A stretch of DNA of 64,000 nt. Origin: Octopus vulgaris (Eukaryota). Every line of letters starts with the position of its first letter. Positions within the stretch are counted from its first letter, which is position 1. Below the pieces are notes generated by a model that was not told the origin of the DNA, searched no databases, and was given only the letters and a program-made list of their open reading frames with translations. Both the position numbers and the translations under genes were made by a program. Where the stretch lies: positions 4,030,001-4,094,000 of the forward strand of contig OX597834.1 of the NCBI GenBank assembly GCA_951406725.2, read 5' to 3'. This document shows positions 1-13,313 of this stretch, piece by piece.

Positions 1-215
1 CCATACTCTTAACCCCAAGATTCTGAGTTCGATTCCAGGCAGTGACCTGAACAATAGCAACAACAACATCGAAAAATACCTTAGGAATGAGAATCCAGGT
101 TCGAAATTTCTGCAAGACACCTGATGAAGCCGAAACGTTGTGTTAACAACAAACAAGATGAGGAGAAATATCCGTCAATTGTAAATAATGTACATAATTC
201 CTCATCTCTTAAATA
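1..215 (+). mobile_element. tRNA-headed short repeat carrying a minimal hammerhead motif
   Basis: B-box-like GAGTTCGATTCC at 26-37. The body is homologous to 51462-51622. Confidence 0.7.
116..144 (+). ncRNA. Minimal type I hammerhead ribozyme relic (stem II collapsed)
   Basis: GACAC-CTGATGA-agcc-GAAAC-GTT-GTGTT. Both core boxes are intact and stem I pairs GACAC/GTGTT. Confidence 0.65.
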
Positions 216-1733
216 TAGAACTGAATGATGTTTACAAAAATGGACATAAAAAGAAGAAGGCAAAGTCAAGAGAAAGAAAGAAAGAAAAAAAAGAGAGGAG
301 GGTGTGTGTGTGTGTGTGAAAGAGAGAGAAATGCATGGAAAATGAAGAAATTTTAGATACTAATAGAATAAATACTATTCTGTTGACAAATAAAGCTAAA
401 CAGAAAAATACTTTTATCTTTTTCTGACTGTTCAAGGTATGAGTCATTAAAAGTAATCTCCCTCGGATATCGTCTCATTTCCATGTATATTAGTACCACC
501 ATCACTATATCGTTATCCGTAAGGTAATATATGTAAATGAAGACAACGGTCAACAGAAGATTGCTTTATACAAACAACAACAAACATACACACACATGTG
601 CACAAATAAAAAACAAAAAGATAACATAATACAAATAAAAATAACAGTAAATAAAAAAAACGAAAGCATGAAATAGAAAATGTTTCTTTTTTGAAAAGAA
701 AGGCAAAATAATGGCAAAAAAAAAAAAGTTTTAAAAAATAAATTAAAAAATATACAACAAAAGAAACAAAATAAATAAATAAATGTACAAACAAGCCAAA
801 AGTGCAAGAATCATTTAAAGGAAGCTGAAGCAAAGCGAAGCAATAGAAAAAAACAAGCTACAGGCAGGAAGAAGATAAAAAAACGTAAATAAGGGCAATA
901 ATTGCAACAAGATTATTATCATTATTAAATAATAATAATAACAATAATACTAATAATAATACTAATTATGATATTCAGCCACATGCAGTTCTCTTTTCTA
1001 CGAGGGGAGCGGGGCGTATTTTGGGCCCATTTGATCACAACATCACAAGCGGCACAAATACACAATGCTACAGACGGTAACACAACAGGCCCAGATGTCT
1101 TGGAGACACATCAGCAATGCAATACAAACTGAAGATTGTCCGGCTGGCGGTGGAACGCCTGTCCTATGTCTTGGACAACTGAAATTCTCCGGTTTCGACA
1201 TTTCCGAATATGCGCGCGCGTGTGTGTGTGTGTCAGCACACATGCACTCATACATATAAATGATTTCGGCATGTTGGGTTGGTAGTTAATAATTAGTAAT
1301 GTTTAGTAGTGTTTAGTAAGGAAAGCAATAAGAAATCATGCAGTTTCAAATTTAGGGGATTTTCTTAGGGTACAAAAAAATTAAAGGAAAAAAAAAAAAA
1401 AGAAGAAGAACCTAAATATAAAAGGAAATTATAAAAAAATACCATACCTATACCAAGCACATCTACGGTGGAGTGCGTGTGTGCATATGTATATCTGTGT
1501 GTGTATATATATACATATATATACACACACACACATGCATACACGCACACACATTCACACACGCACACATATATTATTTATTCATTTATATATATATATA
1601 TATATATGTATGGGTGTGTGAGTGTGAGGGAACATGCATGTAACCTTGATAAATATGTATCCATCAAAGAAGAAATAAAGAAACACAACCACTAAAACAA
1701 AACAAGCAGAGAAAGAACATTGAAAATAGAAAC

Positions 1734-1769
1734 CCGGAGAGAATTTCGGCTCTAGATCCCTTCCAGGAA
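1734..1769 (-). CDS. Candidate 36-nt symmetric microexon (VPGRDLEPKFSP)
   Basis: Strong acceptor (ttgctgttgttgttgctatttctgcAG), phase 1-1 and frame-compatible with the 7487 donor. The donor G|GTTTCT is weak. Confidence 0.35.
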
Positions 1770-2326
1770 CTGCAGAAATAGCAACAACAACAGCAACAGC
1801 AAAAATCAATGCCATTCTGAGTGATGACTTCTAAGAAGACATCAGGCCAGGTGTTGCGAAGAAAAAGAAAATAGGTGCAACCGCTTCCAAACAGAATTGG
1901 TAAGTAAGAATTTAGAAGGACGAAACATAACGATGGGGCTCGACTAAGCTGGTCCCAGTGCTTTTGATAATAACGATCGATGGTACATCACAAAACAGTA
2001 ACTATACAGTATGGGAAAAGAAGTGATTCCTCCCCTGCTTAATTTTTCTCTCAACATATTTTGTCATTCATTGCTCATCAAATGCAGGATAATCCCATTT
2101 CTTTTTAACCTTGCATGTCCAATGCATTTAAGGTTTATATCTTGCTGTCCTGTAGAACTACTTTTCACTCAGACAGAGAGAAATCTTTTGTTACCATCAG
2201 AGGTAATGGCTCTCTCAACATTCTGCAGCTTGTTTGTAGTTTAGCATCTGTACTTTCAAAACAACATCATCTGCTGCTAATTCAGTTACCGAAGAAATAG
2301 AGGGTATTTACTTCTTTTAGGCAGAT

Positions 2327-2697
2327 GGTATTTCGTCTGCCGTTACGTTCTGAGTTCAAATTCCGCCGAGGTCGACTTTACCTTTCATCCTTTCGGGGTC
2401 GATAAATTAAGTACCATTTATGCACTGGGGTCGATGTAATCAACTTAATCTGTTTGTCTGTCCTTGTTTGTTCCCTCTGTGTTTAGCCCCTTGTGGGTAG
2501 TAAAGAAATACGTATTTCGTCTGCCGTTACATTCTGAGTTTAAATTCTGCCGAGGTCAACTTTGCCTTTCATCCTTTCAGGGTCGATAAATTAAGTACCA
2601 CTTACGCACTGGGGTCGATATAATCAACTTAATCTGTTTGTCTGTCCTTGTTTGTCCCCTCTGTGTTTGGCCCCTTGTGGGTAGTAAAGAAATAGGT
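2327..2697 (+). mobile_element. Tandem pair of 5'-truncated tRNA-derived SINEs with a Nin/Deu-like central domain
   Basis: Two head-to-tail copies of gttctgagttcaaattccgccgaggtcgactttgcctttcatcctttcggggtcgataaattaagtacc...gtaaagaaata. Confidence 0.85.
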
Positions 2698-5231
2698 ATT
2701 TACTTCTTTTAGGCATCCGCCTGGGCATTAGAGAAAATCTATCTCCCATAGGTTCCTAGTGTTTCCTGCTCTTGCATATCTGCCACATACAAAGTGTGCT
2801 TTCTCTGCTATACTACTGAATCTCTCTCTTGTGTGTCCTTAGTTTGCACTGGGTACACCAGATGGAACCTCTACCTACACCATTTCAACATACTGAACTA
2901 GACTGAAGAAGTACAAAATGTTTGAAGAAAAAAATATGGTGCACAAAAAAAGACCCCAAAACAAATGATGTAAAGAAATCAAGTAACAAAAGAGAAATGA
3001 AATGATGCCAAACACCAGGAGCAGACAGGGATATTAACAGACATCGTAGAAAGAATGAGAGGAAAGACAATAGAAGGTTGCCAGGAATTGCCAAAATTGA
3101 AAATTTCAAAATAAAAACAGTGGAATAAGACATTCATCTTAAAAACCAAAATGGTTGAGGCTATGAAATGGATCTTCCAAAAATAATCGAAATAACTGAC
3201 CATAAAAATGGTATTAATCATATGCTTTCTTACTATAAGAGCCTAGTGTTAACACTACGAAGATCTATCAACACCTAGAGACAAATAGCTAAGAACCAGA
3301 ATAGGTTCATATAAAGGTCAGAGTATAACGTTAACATTAGAAAATTGCTGACAGAAAAACAAGATTATGATAGACCCAGGCACTAATTAGATATGCATAA
3401 ATTGCAACCAGTGGTTATATGATTAAAATTTTCAGTTCACAATTGTATGGTTCTGAGTCTGATCAGTCTAATCCTTAAATCCTTAAAAATGTTTTAGCAC
3501 GAAGGCCGCGGCCATGCTGGGGCACCACCGCTGAATAGAAAGCAAATAGAAAGTCTGTATAGAAAGTAAAATTGGGTAAACTGAATCCACAAAAAAAAGG
3601 CAGTGACCTGGGCTGTACCTGTCCTTGGGTGGTAGATTTAATCTGTTATCCAATTTGTGAATACCACCTGATCCTTGGGTGTCTTTAACGGAATCTACTA
3701 TGTTGCAAACATTCAGGCCTCTGAGAGTAACTTCTAAAATATAATTTCCTTCTCCTCCCAGCCCCAAACCAGTCGTAAAGTTCCTGTAAAAAGGATTCAT
3801 GAAAACTTGCATTCCCAAATGGAGACAAAAAAAATACCAAATCACAAGGAAGGAAACTATTTACGTTCCACCTGGCTCTTGTCCTACTAAACATTTCTGA
3901 ATTCCCAGAAAGGTTTGAAGGTTGATAGAATCAAGATAGATCTCTTGCTATATACATCATATAGCATTAGAAAATATTTGAGAAACTGTAAAATCTTTAA
4001 TATCAGTCAATCAATCAATTACAGTTCACAGTCTGAGTGCACAGCAAAAGGGACAACCTCTGCCCCCCCATCTTTTTTCAGTCGTCAACTAACCATCTTC
4101 TTCCCAATCCTTTTTTTATGTTGGTCCCCCACCCATTTCTAGTGTCCCTGCAGTATTAGCAGTTGTTAAAATAGAGAAAGAAAAAACAACAACAACTAAA
4201 CAAAAAGCTATCTAAGACTATAATTACTTGATACAGCATGCATTTTCAGAAAGGTTCTCTTCGTAAATGAAACAGATTAACACAAAAAAATAACACTGCA
4301 TTCACCTGATTATATGATGTTGGGCATAATGATGTGAAATGAAAACCCTAACAGATGAATAAGGAGGAGTTTCTGACACTGACAAAATTTCCAAGGAATC
4401 ACTTCAAGTCCATGTGTGAATGCTAGATACTTGGTGAAGAAAGACAAGTTGTTCTTGACAGGACTTGCACTTAGCGTCTGCCAATCAATTTCTTTTTGAC
4501 AAGCCAGAAAGAAAATATTTATAGCGAAGATGTGCTTTCTTTTTTGTGTTTCAGAATGTAAAGAAATGATAGAAAATACTGATTAAACTTCACCGCTGCC
4601 AGTTTATGTTTTACAAGGCACAAAGGCACTGTATTATTTGATAGCAAAATGGAAAGTGATATACATGCTTTTCTCAAGAGCATTAGTGGGCAAAAGTAAA
4701 ATGGAAGGCTTCAACTAGAGAACAAGAATATATGACGACTCCAGCATCATGTAAATAACAAAAATAAAAATTTTGAAAACTTGCAAAAAGTTACAAATTT
4801 CACACACTGGAGGACGTAACTAGCAAGCAAAACATAAAACAAAAAAAGCCAAGTTAACAAAGAAGGATTTGAAATCCATAACAATTAACAGCTTCTAACA
4901 ATTGGTACATGACCACAAATTTTATTTGATCACCAAAACTGACCTTGGCAGGATTTGCCTAGAACGCAGAGGGAGGCAATAATGCTCCGAGAGCGATACA
5001 ACAATCTTCTAACTTTTCCATAAGGCAACAATTTGGGTTTTTAGGGCTTTATGTTTTTTGTGGGAGGGGCCATGTGTGCACATAAATGTATGTGCATTAA
5101 AAATTAAACATATTTTATCACTCAAAGATGAATGATAAGCTGAGCATTTTCATCTGCTACTCTAGTGATTCCATTGCCCAATACTCTTAATAACAACACA
5201 ATTTATATAGGATTGCACCTATTTATATAGT

Positions 5232-5555
5232 GACGGCAAGTGGCTTAGTGATTAGGGTAATCAGCTTAGATTCATAAGGTCATGAGTTCAATTCTTGGCG
5301 ACACATTGTGTCCTTGAGCAAGACACTTTATTTCACATTGCTTCAGTTCACTCAACTGGCAAAAATGAATTGTACCTGTATTTCAAAAGGCCGGCCTTGT
5401 CACAGTTTGTGTTATGCTGAATCTCCCTGAGAACTACATTAAGGGTATGTATGTCTGTGGAGTGCTCAGCCACTTGCACATTAATTTCACAAGTAGGCTG
5501 TTCTGTTGATCTGATCAACTGGGACTTCCATCACTTTAAATGACAGGGTCCCAGT
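5232..5555 (+). mobile_element. tRNA-derived SINE with V-domain-like motif
   Basis: A box tggcttagtga, B box gagttcaattc, then ttgtgtccttgagcaagacactt. Confidence 0.75.
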
Positions 5556-6563
5556 CAATTTATATAGATGGGGAAACAAAATATATTTACCGAGAACACG
5601 GACACGGAGAAACTCATTCAGAAAGCAAAGTCTGCAAAGAAGCAACTATTATTTAGGCCCCTGTTCAAATTTGATTAAGTAGCACTATAATCAAGGGCCT
5701 TCTAGCCAGAGTTGACCTGTCTATTTTTCCATTTTTTTGGCAGGGTTTTTTTTTGACAGGTATAATGTATCTATGACTATATTATCCAATGAAGCCTTTA
5801 TTTTTTTTTTTAAAAAACCTACAAGGGTTTGATAAAAGAAATAGGAATGTTTTTTTTCAAGAATGCTGAGCAAATGTATTTGGCTTACCCATTACAATAA
5901 AGAATATATAAAATACAGCAGGAACAAAACAAATTAGGATCATAATTAAAACGAAATTACTGGCTACAAAGACAATTATTAGGGGAAAGGAATGAGAAGT
6001 AATCAAAACAAAACAAGAAATTGAAACAAAAAATAAAGCAAAAAAGAAACTGCAATGGATTTAAGAAATTATGCAAGAAACATTAGTGATGATAATGAGG
6101 ATAACTTAGATATTTTAATAAGACTCCTTTTGAGGTGGGGGTGGGTATTTTTTTTTTTTAAAGAAAAGACACATTTTCATAAAAAATGAAACTGATTGAG
6201 GAAATGAAAATTAATGATATGACTGATGTAGTTTGCGCAAACGACAAGTAGAAATTATTTTCCCCTCTTTTAAAGAACAGACTTCAATATATGATTAGCA
6301 TTTTCTTTCAGCGGCCTTAGATACAAATTACACCAGGTATAAATTGAAATGAAGTCGTATCAGAAACAGTAGTGATAATTTAAAATTATAATGATAATAA
6401 TGAATCAAATTTATATGAGCTGAGTAGTAATGAAAAAATCATATATTTTCAAAAAGTATTATGCAAGATTTCGTTTCAGAGTAATGCATCAAATCTGCAG
6501 CTCTTCTGTTTATAACAAATAAACAATAAAAAAAGTCATTAAATTAATATTATATTCACTAGG

Positions 6564-6614
<51 letters not shown>

Positions 6615-6618
<4 letters not shown>

Positions 6619-6925
6619 GGAATAAATCCAAACTTACAGGGAAAAATTAGATTTAGGATTAAATCCAATTTTATAGTATAAATATATTATATTGTATTAA
6701 ATTAGAGATAGAACCATTATTAGGCAAATCAAATAGTGAAAAACATAAGCCAATACATAAAATTAATTTAAAAATATAAAATTAAAAAATTATTTAATTA
6801 TTTAATTATTAAATAATTTTTTAATTTTTAAATTTTATATTTTTAAATTAATCTTATGTATTGGCTTATGTTTTTCACTGTTTGATTTGCCTAATAGTGG
6901 TTTTATCTCTAATTTAATATAATTA
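6615..6925. mobile_element. (TA)n-embedded fold-back element, probable Penelope-like remnant
   Basis: Inverted arms of about 100 bp span 6696-6918. The terminus agggaataaatccaaacttacagggaaaaatt is shared with 26519 and, in reverse complement, with 17840-17880. Confidence 0.65.
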
Positions 6926-6935
6926 TATATATATA

Positions 6936-6966
<31 letters not shown>

Positions 6967-7486
6967 CCACACACACACACACATGTATATACATATCCAC
7001 ACACACACACACACACACACACATTTTAAGAGAGCTTTTGGTAGCAAAATGAAATGATGGCAGTCAGGAACTACAGTTCCTAAATATGATTGAAAAGAAA
7101 TAGAAAAAAATTTGAAACACAATTTCAGAAAAATTGGGAAAATTATCCCAGCGAGACTTTGAGAATGAAGATTTAGTTCTTGTTTAGTCCCCGACTCAAG
7201 CTTCATTGAGTAGGACCTATAATAAAAGGTGTTCCAGCCATGATTTTTTCCTCCTCTTCCCCCACCTTCTTAAGAAAATCAAGAATTCCCAAATTACGAA
7301 TTACAGAGAAAATAACTGCCACAATAACATCAAAGGCAAGTAACAGAGATTAAAACCAATGAGAAGCAACACAGAAGAAAAGAAAAGATAAGACGAGAAC
7401 CCCTACATCAGCTGGAAACCGGATACATATTTACCACAGAAACATCTTCATGTTAATTGGTTAGAAAATTAGAAGGGTTAACCTAC

Positions 7487-7772
7487 CAGATGATTTAACA
7501 TCAACACAACAGTGCCGTCTGACCATACTGCAGGCAGAGACTGCACGACGCTGTGGTCGGACATAGGTATCCGAGTCAGAATCATTGGCTGAGCATCGCA
7601 GAAGCGTACTATGAGAAGATGATCTCTTGCGGTCTAAAGGCAAACAGATTTCACGTGGTGTACGGCTACCAAAGCCATAAATGCGCCCACCTCTATGTCG
7701 GCCTGATTGTTTCCACTGTTCGTAACGGGCAACTCGTTCTTGGGCTCTTTGCAAAATGGCTTCTCTTCGGAC
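7487..7772 (-). CDS. MAP7: Ensconsin/MAP7 exon following the coiled coil, 286 nt, phase 0-1
   Basis: Splice sites ttttggtAG|GTC CGA...TCA TCT G|GTAGGT. The peptide VRREAILQRAQERVARYEQWK...IYGFGSRTPREI...RRAVSACS continues the coiled coil in frame and carries the ensconsin-like FGSxTPR motif. Confidence 0.88.
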
Positions 7773-7955
7773 CTACCAAAATAAAACAAAAAAAAATTTT
7801 AGAGAGAAATGTCAATACATACATACATATATATATATATAATGCAAAAAAGAAAATGGAGAAACAAATTTAGTTTGTTCATCAACTTTCGGATATTAGA
7901 ATGTTGGATTATTTATTCATTTAACAAAAATAAGAACCTCAATAGCATACATATA

Positions 7956-8186
7956 TATTTCTTTACTGCCCAGAAGGGGCTAAACATAGAGGGGACAAAC
8001 AAGGACAGACAAAGGAATTAAGTCGATTACATCGATCCCAGTGCGAAACTGGTACTTTATTTATCGACCCCGAAAGGATGAAAGGCAAAGTCGACCTCGG
8101 TGGAATTTGAACTCGGAACGTAACGACAGACGAAATACGGCTACGCATTTCACCCGGCGTGCTAACGTTTCTGCCAGCTCGCCGCC
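7956..8186 (-). mobile_element. Full-length Nin/Deu-like SINE
   Basis: Reverse complement of the 2327 family, including the head ggcggcgagctggcagaaacgttagc. Other minus copies lie at about 12100-12170, 26230-26400, 44238-44468, 48078-48240 and 48508-48760. Confidence 0.85.
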
Positions 8187-8290
8187 TTATTAGCATACAT
8201 ATCATCATCATCATCGTTTAACGTCCGTTCTCCATGCTAGCATGGGTTGGACGATATATATCTTATAATTCAATACATATAAGAATACAA

Positions 8291-8335
<45 letters not shown>

Positions 8336-10269
8336 TAAAAACCCCAAATACATAATTTTGCAGCTATTTGTGAAACATTCTGCTAGTGCTGTATACTTTG
8401 AATTCTAAGAACTATTATCCAAAGAGCAATACAGAGGGTGGCAAAACATTAAAACAATTTCATTAAAGTTTCAACAACCCCATGAGATTGTCTGTGTATG
8501 AGTGTATGAGTGTACACATGCACAATCCTGATATGGAAAGTATCTGTGTGTATGTATATATGTATATGGGTGGGGCGGAGGTGCACAATGAGAGAGACTT
8601 ACTATATTACAGGAGATTATTGTTTGCAAACAATAAAAAGTTTGCAATGGTACAACAATACACTATAATACAAACACTGGATTATAGACCTGTTGTAATT
8701 TGGTCATCCATTGTCTGATATGATATTTTGGAATAAAATTCTTTCTTCAGATATTCTTAGATGGAGTTGCTGCTATAATCAGTTTTCCAATGGCTTTTCT
8801 TTATTATATTTTTTGTGGAAGCATCTCAGCAGTGGTATCACGAAGCTCCTTCCGAAATCCTCATGAAAAGTGCGTGAGGTTGGTCATGTCTCAATCTCGT
8901 GTGTGCTGGTACATCCGTAGCGCTGCTTCTATACATGCAGCTTCCTTTTTTCCCTCCTTTTTTCTCTCTTTTCTTCAGGCTTTGTGGGTGAGTTTTAACT
9001 TTCCTATTATAGCTAAACATTTGCAATCTTACATTGGGCAGATAAGTGTAACAAGCTTTTACTGTGCCGGAGCACTGCCTTAAAGGGTTTTAGTCAAAGA
9101 AATTGGCCCCAGGACTTATTCTCTGTAGGCCTAGTATTTATTCTAATCAGTCTCCTTTGCCGGACTGTTAAGTTACGGGGATGTAAATACACCAACATCA
9201 GTCATCAAGCGATTGGGGGGGGCAAAGACACACACACGACAGGCTTCTTTCAGTTTCTGTCAACCAAATCCATTTACAAGGCTTTGGTCAGCCCAAAGCT
9301 ATAGTAGAAGACACTTGTCCAAGGTGCTACACGTGGGACTGAACCCAGAACCATATGGTTAGTAAGCAAGCTTTTTACCACACAGCCGTACCTGTATGTC
9401 TATAAAAAAATTAGGGTTGGTATGTTCATACCACAAAACATTTTTATGTCTGCACCTCCTTGGTCTAGTGGCTAGATGATGTTTTTGTTTCTGCAAATCT
9501 AGATCTCACAAGTGCCATATTAAAAGTGGTTTTATATGGGAATAAGCTGGAGATAAACCTACTTATTTTGCTAATAATTAAGAGTGTTACTGAAGATTTT
9601 ATTTCTTCAGATGATTTCTTTGTTGGGTTTGTCAGAAGTAGAGTGGCCTGTGGTGAGATACATGCCTTAGTAGTAAATTATTTTTAGATTAGACTTAATG
9701 GTAATTTTTCAGTTTTGTTGTTTGACTATTGTGATGAGTTTATTCTATCTTCATGCTCTTATTCTGTGTCCACTTCTGTTAAGAACAACTCCAAGTTTAC
9801 CATCTCTGACCAATTCTATATCAGCTTCCTCTTTTGTTCAGCCAATTTAGAATGTTTAAGTCTACAAATTGAGCAGTCTCAGCCCAGTTAAAGCACCTCA
9901 TTGCTACATTAAACTATTCTTAATCTTATTTTTACCCAGTAAAATTGTCATGAAATAACAGCAATTTTCTGGCATTCATCATTATATTAATGCCAGAATC
10001 AGTAATTGTAGCACGTAGCTTGCTGAACTTCATGGCTTGGGGGTAGAAGGGGTTTGTTGCGGATGTTTTTTGAGACTGAGGGGTAGAATTCTACAATGTC
10101 TAATTATTTAAACATGTAGTTGGGTTTAAGGTTTGTATGCTTGAATCGTTCAATACTGCACCAAGTCCTCCATATCCAATGTTTAAGATTAGCAGCTCTT
10201 CTAATTTGAAGAAAAACAAACGTTGATATTTTCTTTATGCTGCCTATTTCACTTTTGGTAAGGCTAATA

Positions 10270-10750
10270 AATCTGTAAATAGGGTTCTAGAATGAAGTCA
10301 TCTCCTTGTGAACAAAAAGCAACTCCTCAATTCAATGATATTTAGCAGAGTCACCTATGGGAGCTGAATGCTGGATTATATAGAAAATTGACAAAAGGAA
10401 AATTGAAGCATTTGAACAACAGTGTTTTAGACACATTCTCAGAATAAGCTGCATGGATAGAACTAATGACTGGGTCTTTCACAAGATAAACTACCAGGAA
10501 AGACTTAAATACTATCCCAAAAAGAAAATGGACAATCACCAGCTATATACTTGGAAGACAAAACCTTGATACACATGTTCCTGTTAACAGGTGCAGCGTA
10601 TGACAAAACAAGAGGAAGACCTAAAACCAGATTTAGCAATAACATCGACAAAGCTAGTAGTGGAAGTTTTGCAGAACTGTGCAAACTAGCACAGGACAGA
10701 CATGGGTGGACGGTCACAGTGGCTCAATTATTTGAGTCTTCCATCTAAAG
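10270..10750 (+). mobile_element. Decayed RTE-type LINE 3' fragment
   Basis: Remnants TYGS*MLD, ILRISCMD and RGRPKTRFSNNI...LAQDRHGW. Confidence 0.65.
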
Positions 10751-11029
10751 CAGATGGGTTCTGAGTGAAGTTGGCTCTGTCACCCTTCAAGGTCAAAAAC
10801 AGTATACAAAGGTTGAGATATTCTACTTGGTTGGTAATTAGACATTTTGACATTAGACATTTAACATCACTGTACATTCTACACAAGTCTATAGGCAAGA
10901 TTTTGTGATACTGTATAAAATAGTTTGTTACACATTCCGCTATCTGTTTCATATAAGTTCTTTGTCTTACCAGCTTTTCTAAATGGGTGGTGTATGCAGG
11001 TTGAAGGCTACAAGATCTTCCAAATGCGA

Positions 11030-12075
11030 GCTTTCTTTTCAGATACACGATGCTGCAGTCACCCCCATCCCAAGAGTCTGACGGGCCCACACCTTCCACG
11101 CCCTCAGAGTTGGCACATTGAAAGATAGGTCTGGTGAGATTGTTGAGATGCTTGAATGGAAATATGTAGATGTGTGCTGCATCCAAGAAGTAAGGTGGAG
11201 AGGAAGTTCTGTTAGGTTCCTCACAGGCAAAAAACATAGGTACAAGATATTTTAGATAGGGAACACTGATGGAGTCAGAGGCGTGGGTATACTTCTTGCA
11301 GAGAAATGGGTTGATAAGGTAATCGAGGTAGTCAGAGACTGATAGAATACTTATGCTTAGATTAGTGCTGCAATATGGATTAGCAGTCATTATCTCAGCT
11401 TATGCTCCTGGTGGACACACTAGTCAGATTGACTACATTCTCACTGGGAAACGGGAAAGATGGCTACTTATAAATGCCAAAACTTTCCCAGGTGAAGAAA
11501 GCACCCCACAACATAGGTTAGTAGTTAGTGACTTCATGATCAGGGCTAAATGGCTGCCCAGAAGACAACCAGCATGGAAAAGAAGGGTCTGGAAGCTTAA
11601 GGATCCTCTGAATGGACAGAGATTTAGAGAATAATACTTGATGCTTTTGACGAAAACGAGGAGAATACAGCATCACATAATGTGGAAGACAACTGGAGGT
11701 TTCTACAGGACAACCTGTTGAGGGCGGCTGACCAGACCTGTGGCTGGTGCAAGGTCCCCTCTCAACCCAAGGTAATGTGGTGGTGGAACAATGTAGTTGA
11801 CAGGGCCATTAGGGAAAAGAAACAGGCATGGAAGGATTGGAAGAGTGGTGGTAGTAGGGAACTGTATCATATCACCAGAAGGGAAGCTAGGAGACGGTTT
11901 AGTTAGCCAGAGGAGCAGCAGAAAAGAAAAAATTTGCCAATGTTCTGTGCCATGAGGACCAAAGACTTGAAGTGTTTCATGTTGCAAGACAGAGAATCAT
12001 AATGTCATAGGAGAGAAATGTGTCCACACGGACGATGGCTCACCTGCATTTAATGAGGCTGCAAAGAGAGAGATT
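11030..12075 (+). mobile_element. RTE-clade LINE fragment (AP endonuclease and linker), decayed
   Basis: Reads GTLKDRSGEIVEML...VCCIQEVRWRG, GVGILL, ISAYAP, SQIDYIL, QHRLVVSDF and WWWNNVV, with stops and deletions. Confidence 0.9.
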
Positions 12076-12489
12076 CTGTCAATCTCTCATCTTACACTGA
12101 TTATTTATTTTATTGACCTCAAAAGAAGGAAAGGCAAAGTTGACCTTGGTAGGATTTGAACTCAGAACTCAGAGAATAGGATCAAACACTGAAAAACATT
12201 TTGTTCAATGCTTTCACGGTTTTTTTTTTGCTATCTTAACTATATATGCTTACAATGAATAAGAGTTTGTAGGGGTCAACGCATTGCAAAAGAAAAATTA
12301 TCCCCACCACCACCACCACCACACACACACACACACCTAAAATGGTTTCTTACATCAACCCCAGTACTTGATAAGTACTTTATTTTACCAACATCTAAAA
12401 TAAATGAAAAGACATTGTGATGGCTTCTTTTGTAAAAACTGCAAATTCATAATACTTTATACATTTTCTCAAAACAAACATTAAATTTC

Positions 12490-12845
12490 ATGATGGTGAT
12501 CTCATTCTTGCTCACAACATCATAAGCGGAAAGTGTAACCTCTCGAAAGAGCTGTTCTTCACTCCTGCTCCAGAACGTCGGCTGCGGGGTTACTCCGAAA
12601 AGCTCTATCTGCGACGATTTCATCTGAATCGAAGGAGAGGAGCTTTCTCCGTCCGGGTTGTGGATCCGTGGTACAAGCTGCCGGACGAGATAGTGAAGAT
12701 GCCAACGACCGCTCGGTTCAAAGTCTCCCTTGACCACAAATAGCCTGAACTCTTTACATGAACACCACCCTGTACATTACTCCATGTCCCCCTACATGGC
12801 CTTGCTTTTTGCATTTTGAACCAAAAAATTAACTTAACTTAACTT
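12490..12845 (+). mobile_element. CR1/L2-group LINE 3' end
   Basis: RGYSEKLYLRRFHLNRRRGAFSVRVVDPWYKLPDEIV...FKVSLD, followed by a (TTAAC)n tail. Confidence 0.85.
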
Positions 12846-13270
12846 ATACACATCTGAAATTTTGAGGAAATACTTGAATCTCAGAGGTTTGTCACTAATC
12901 CCTCGGCAGATAAAATATGAACTTGAAAAACAGGCAAGGAAAATTGGAGAATATTAATTTTCCAACGGACTACTATGTTGATATATAGCCCAGGGTTATA
13001 TAACTTGGTAGGGAAGACTGTATAGAAACAGCACTTCCTTGCATTCTATCCACAGATGCCAATTATTTGGCATTATTTTACTTGTTTCAGTGATGCACTG
13101 CCTTGAAAAGTTTCAAACAAATCAAGTCCAGCACTTATTTTAAAGCCTAGTGCTTATTCTATCGGTCCTTTTTGCCAAACTGCTAAGTTACAGGGACAGA
13201 AGCACACCAATACCGGTTCTCAGGTGCTGATAGGGCGACAAACGCTGACACTCACATAGATGTATATACA

Positions 13271-13313
<43 letters not shown>

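Noticed and set aside
232-833. Hydrophobic F/L-rich membrane-protein-like ORFs
   Set aside because: They arise from A-rich plus-strand (U-rich intron) composition.
10728-11390. 220-aa minus-strand ORF
   Set aside because: It is antisense to a decayed RTE endonuclease region and has no recognisable domain.
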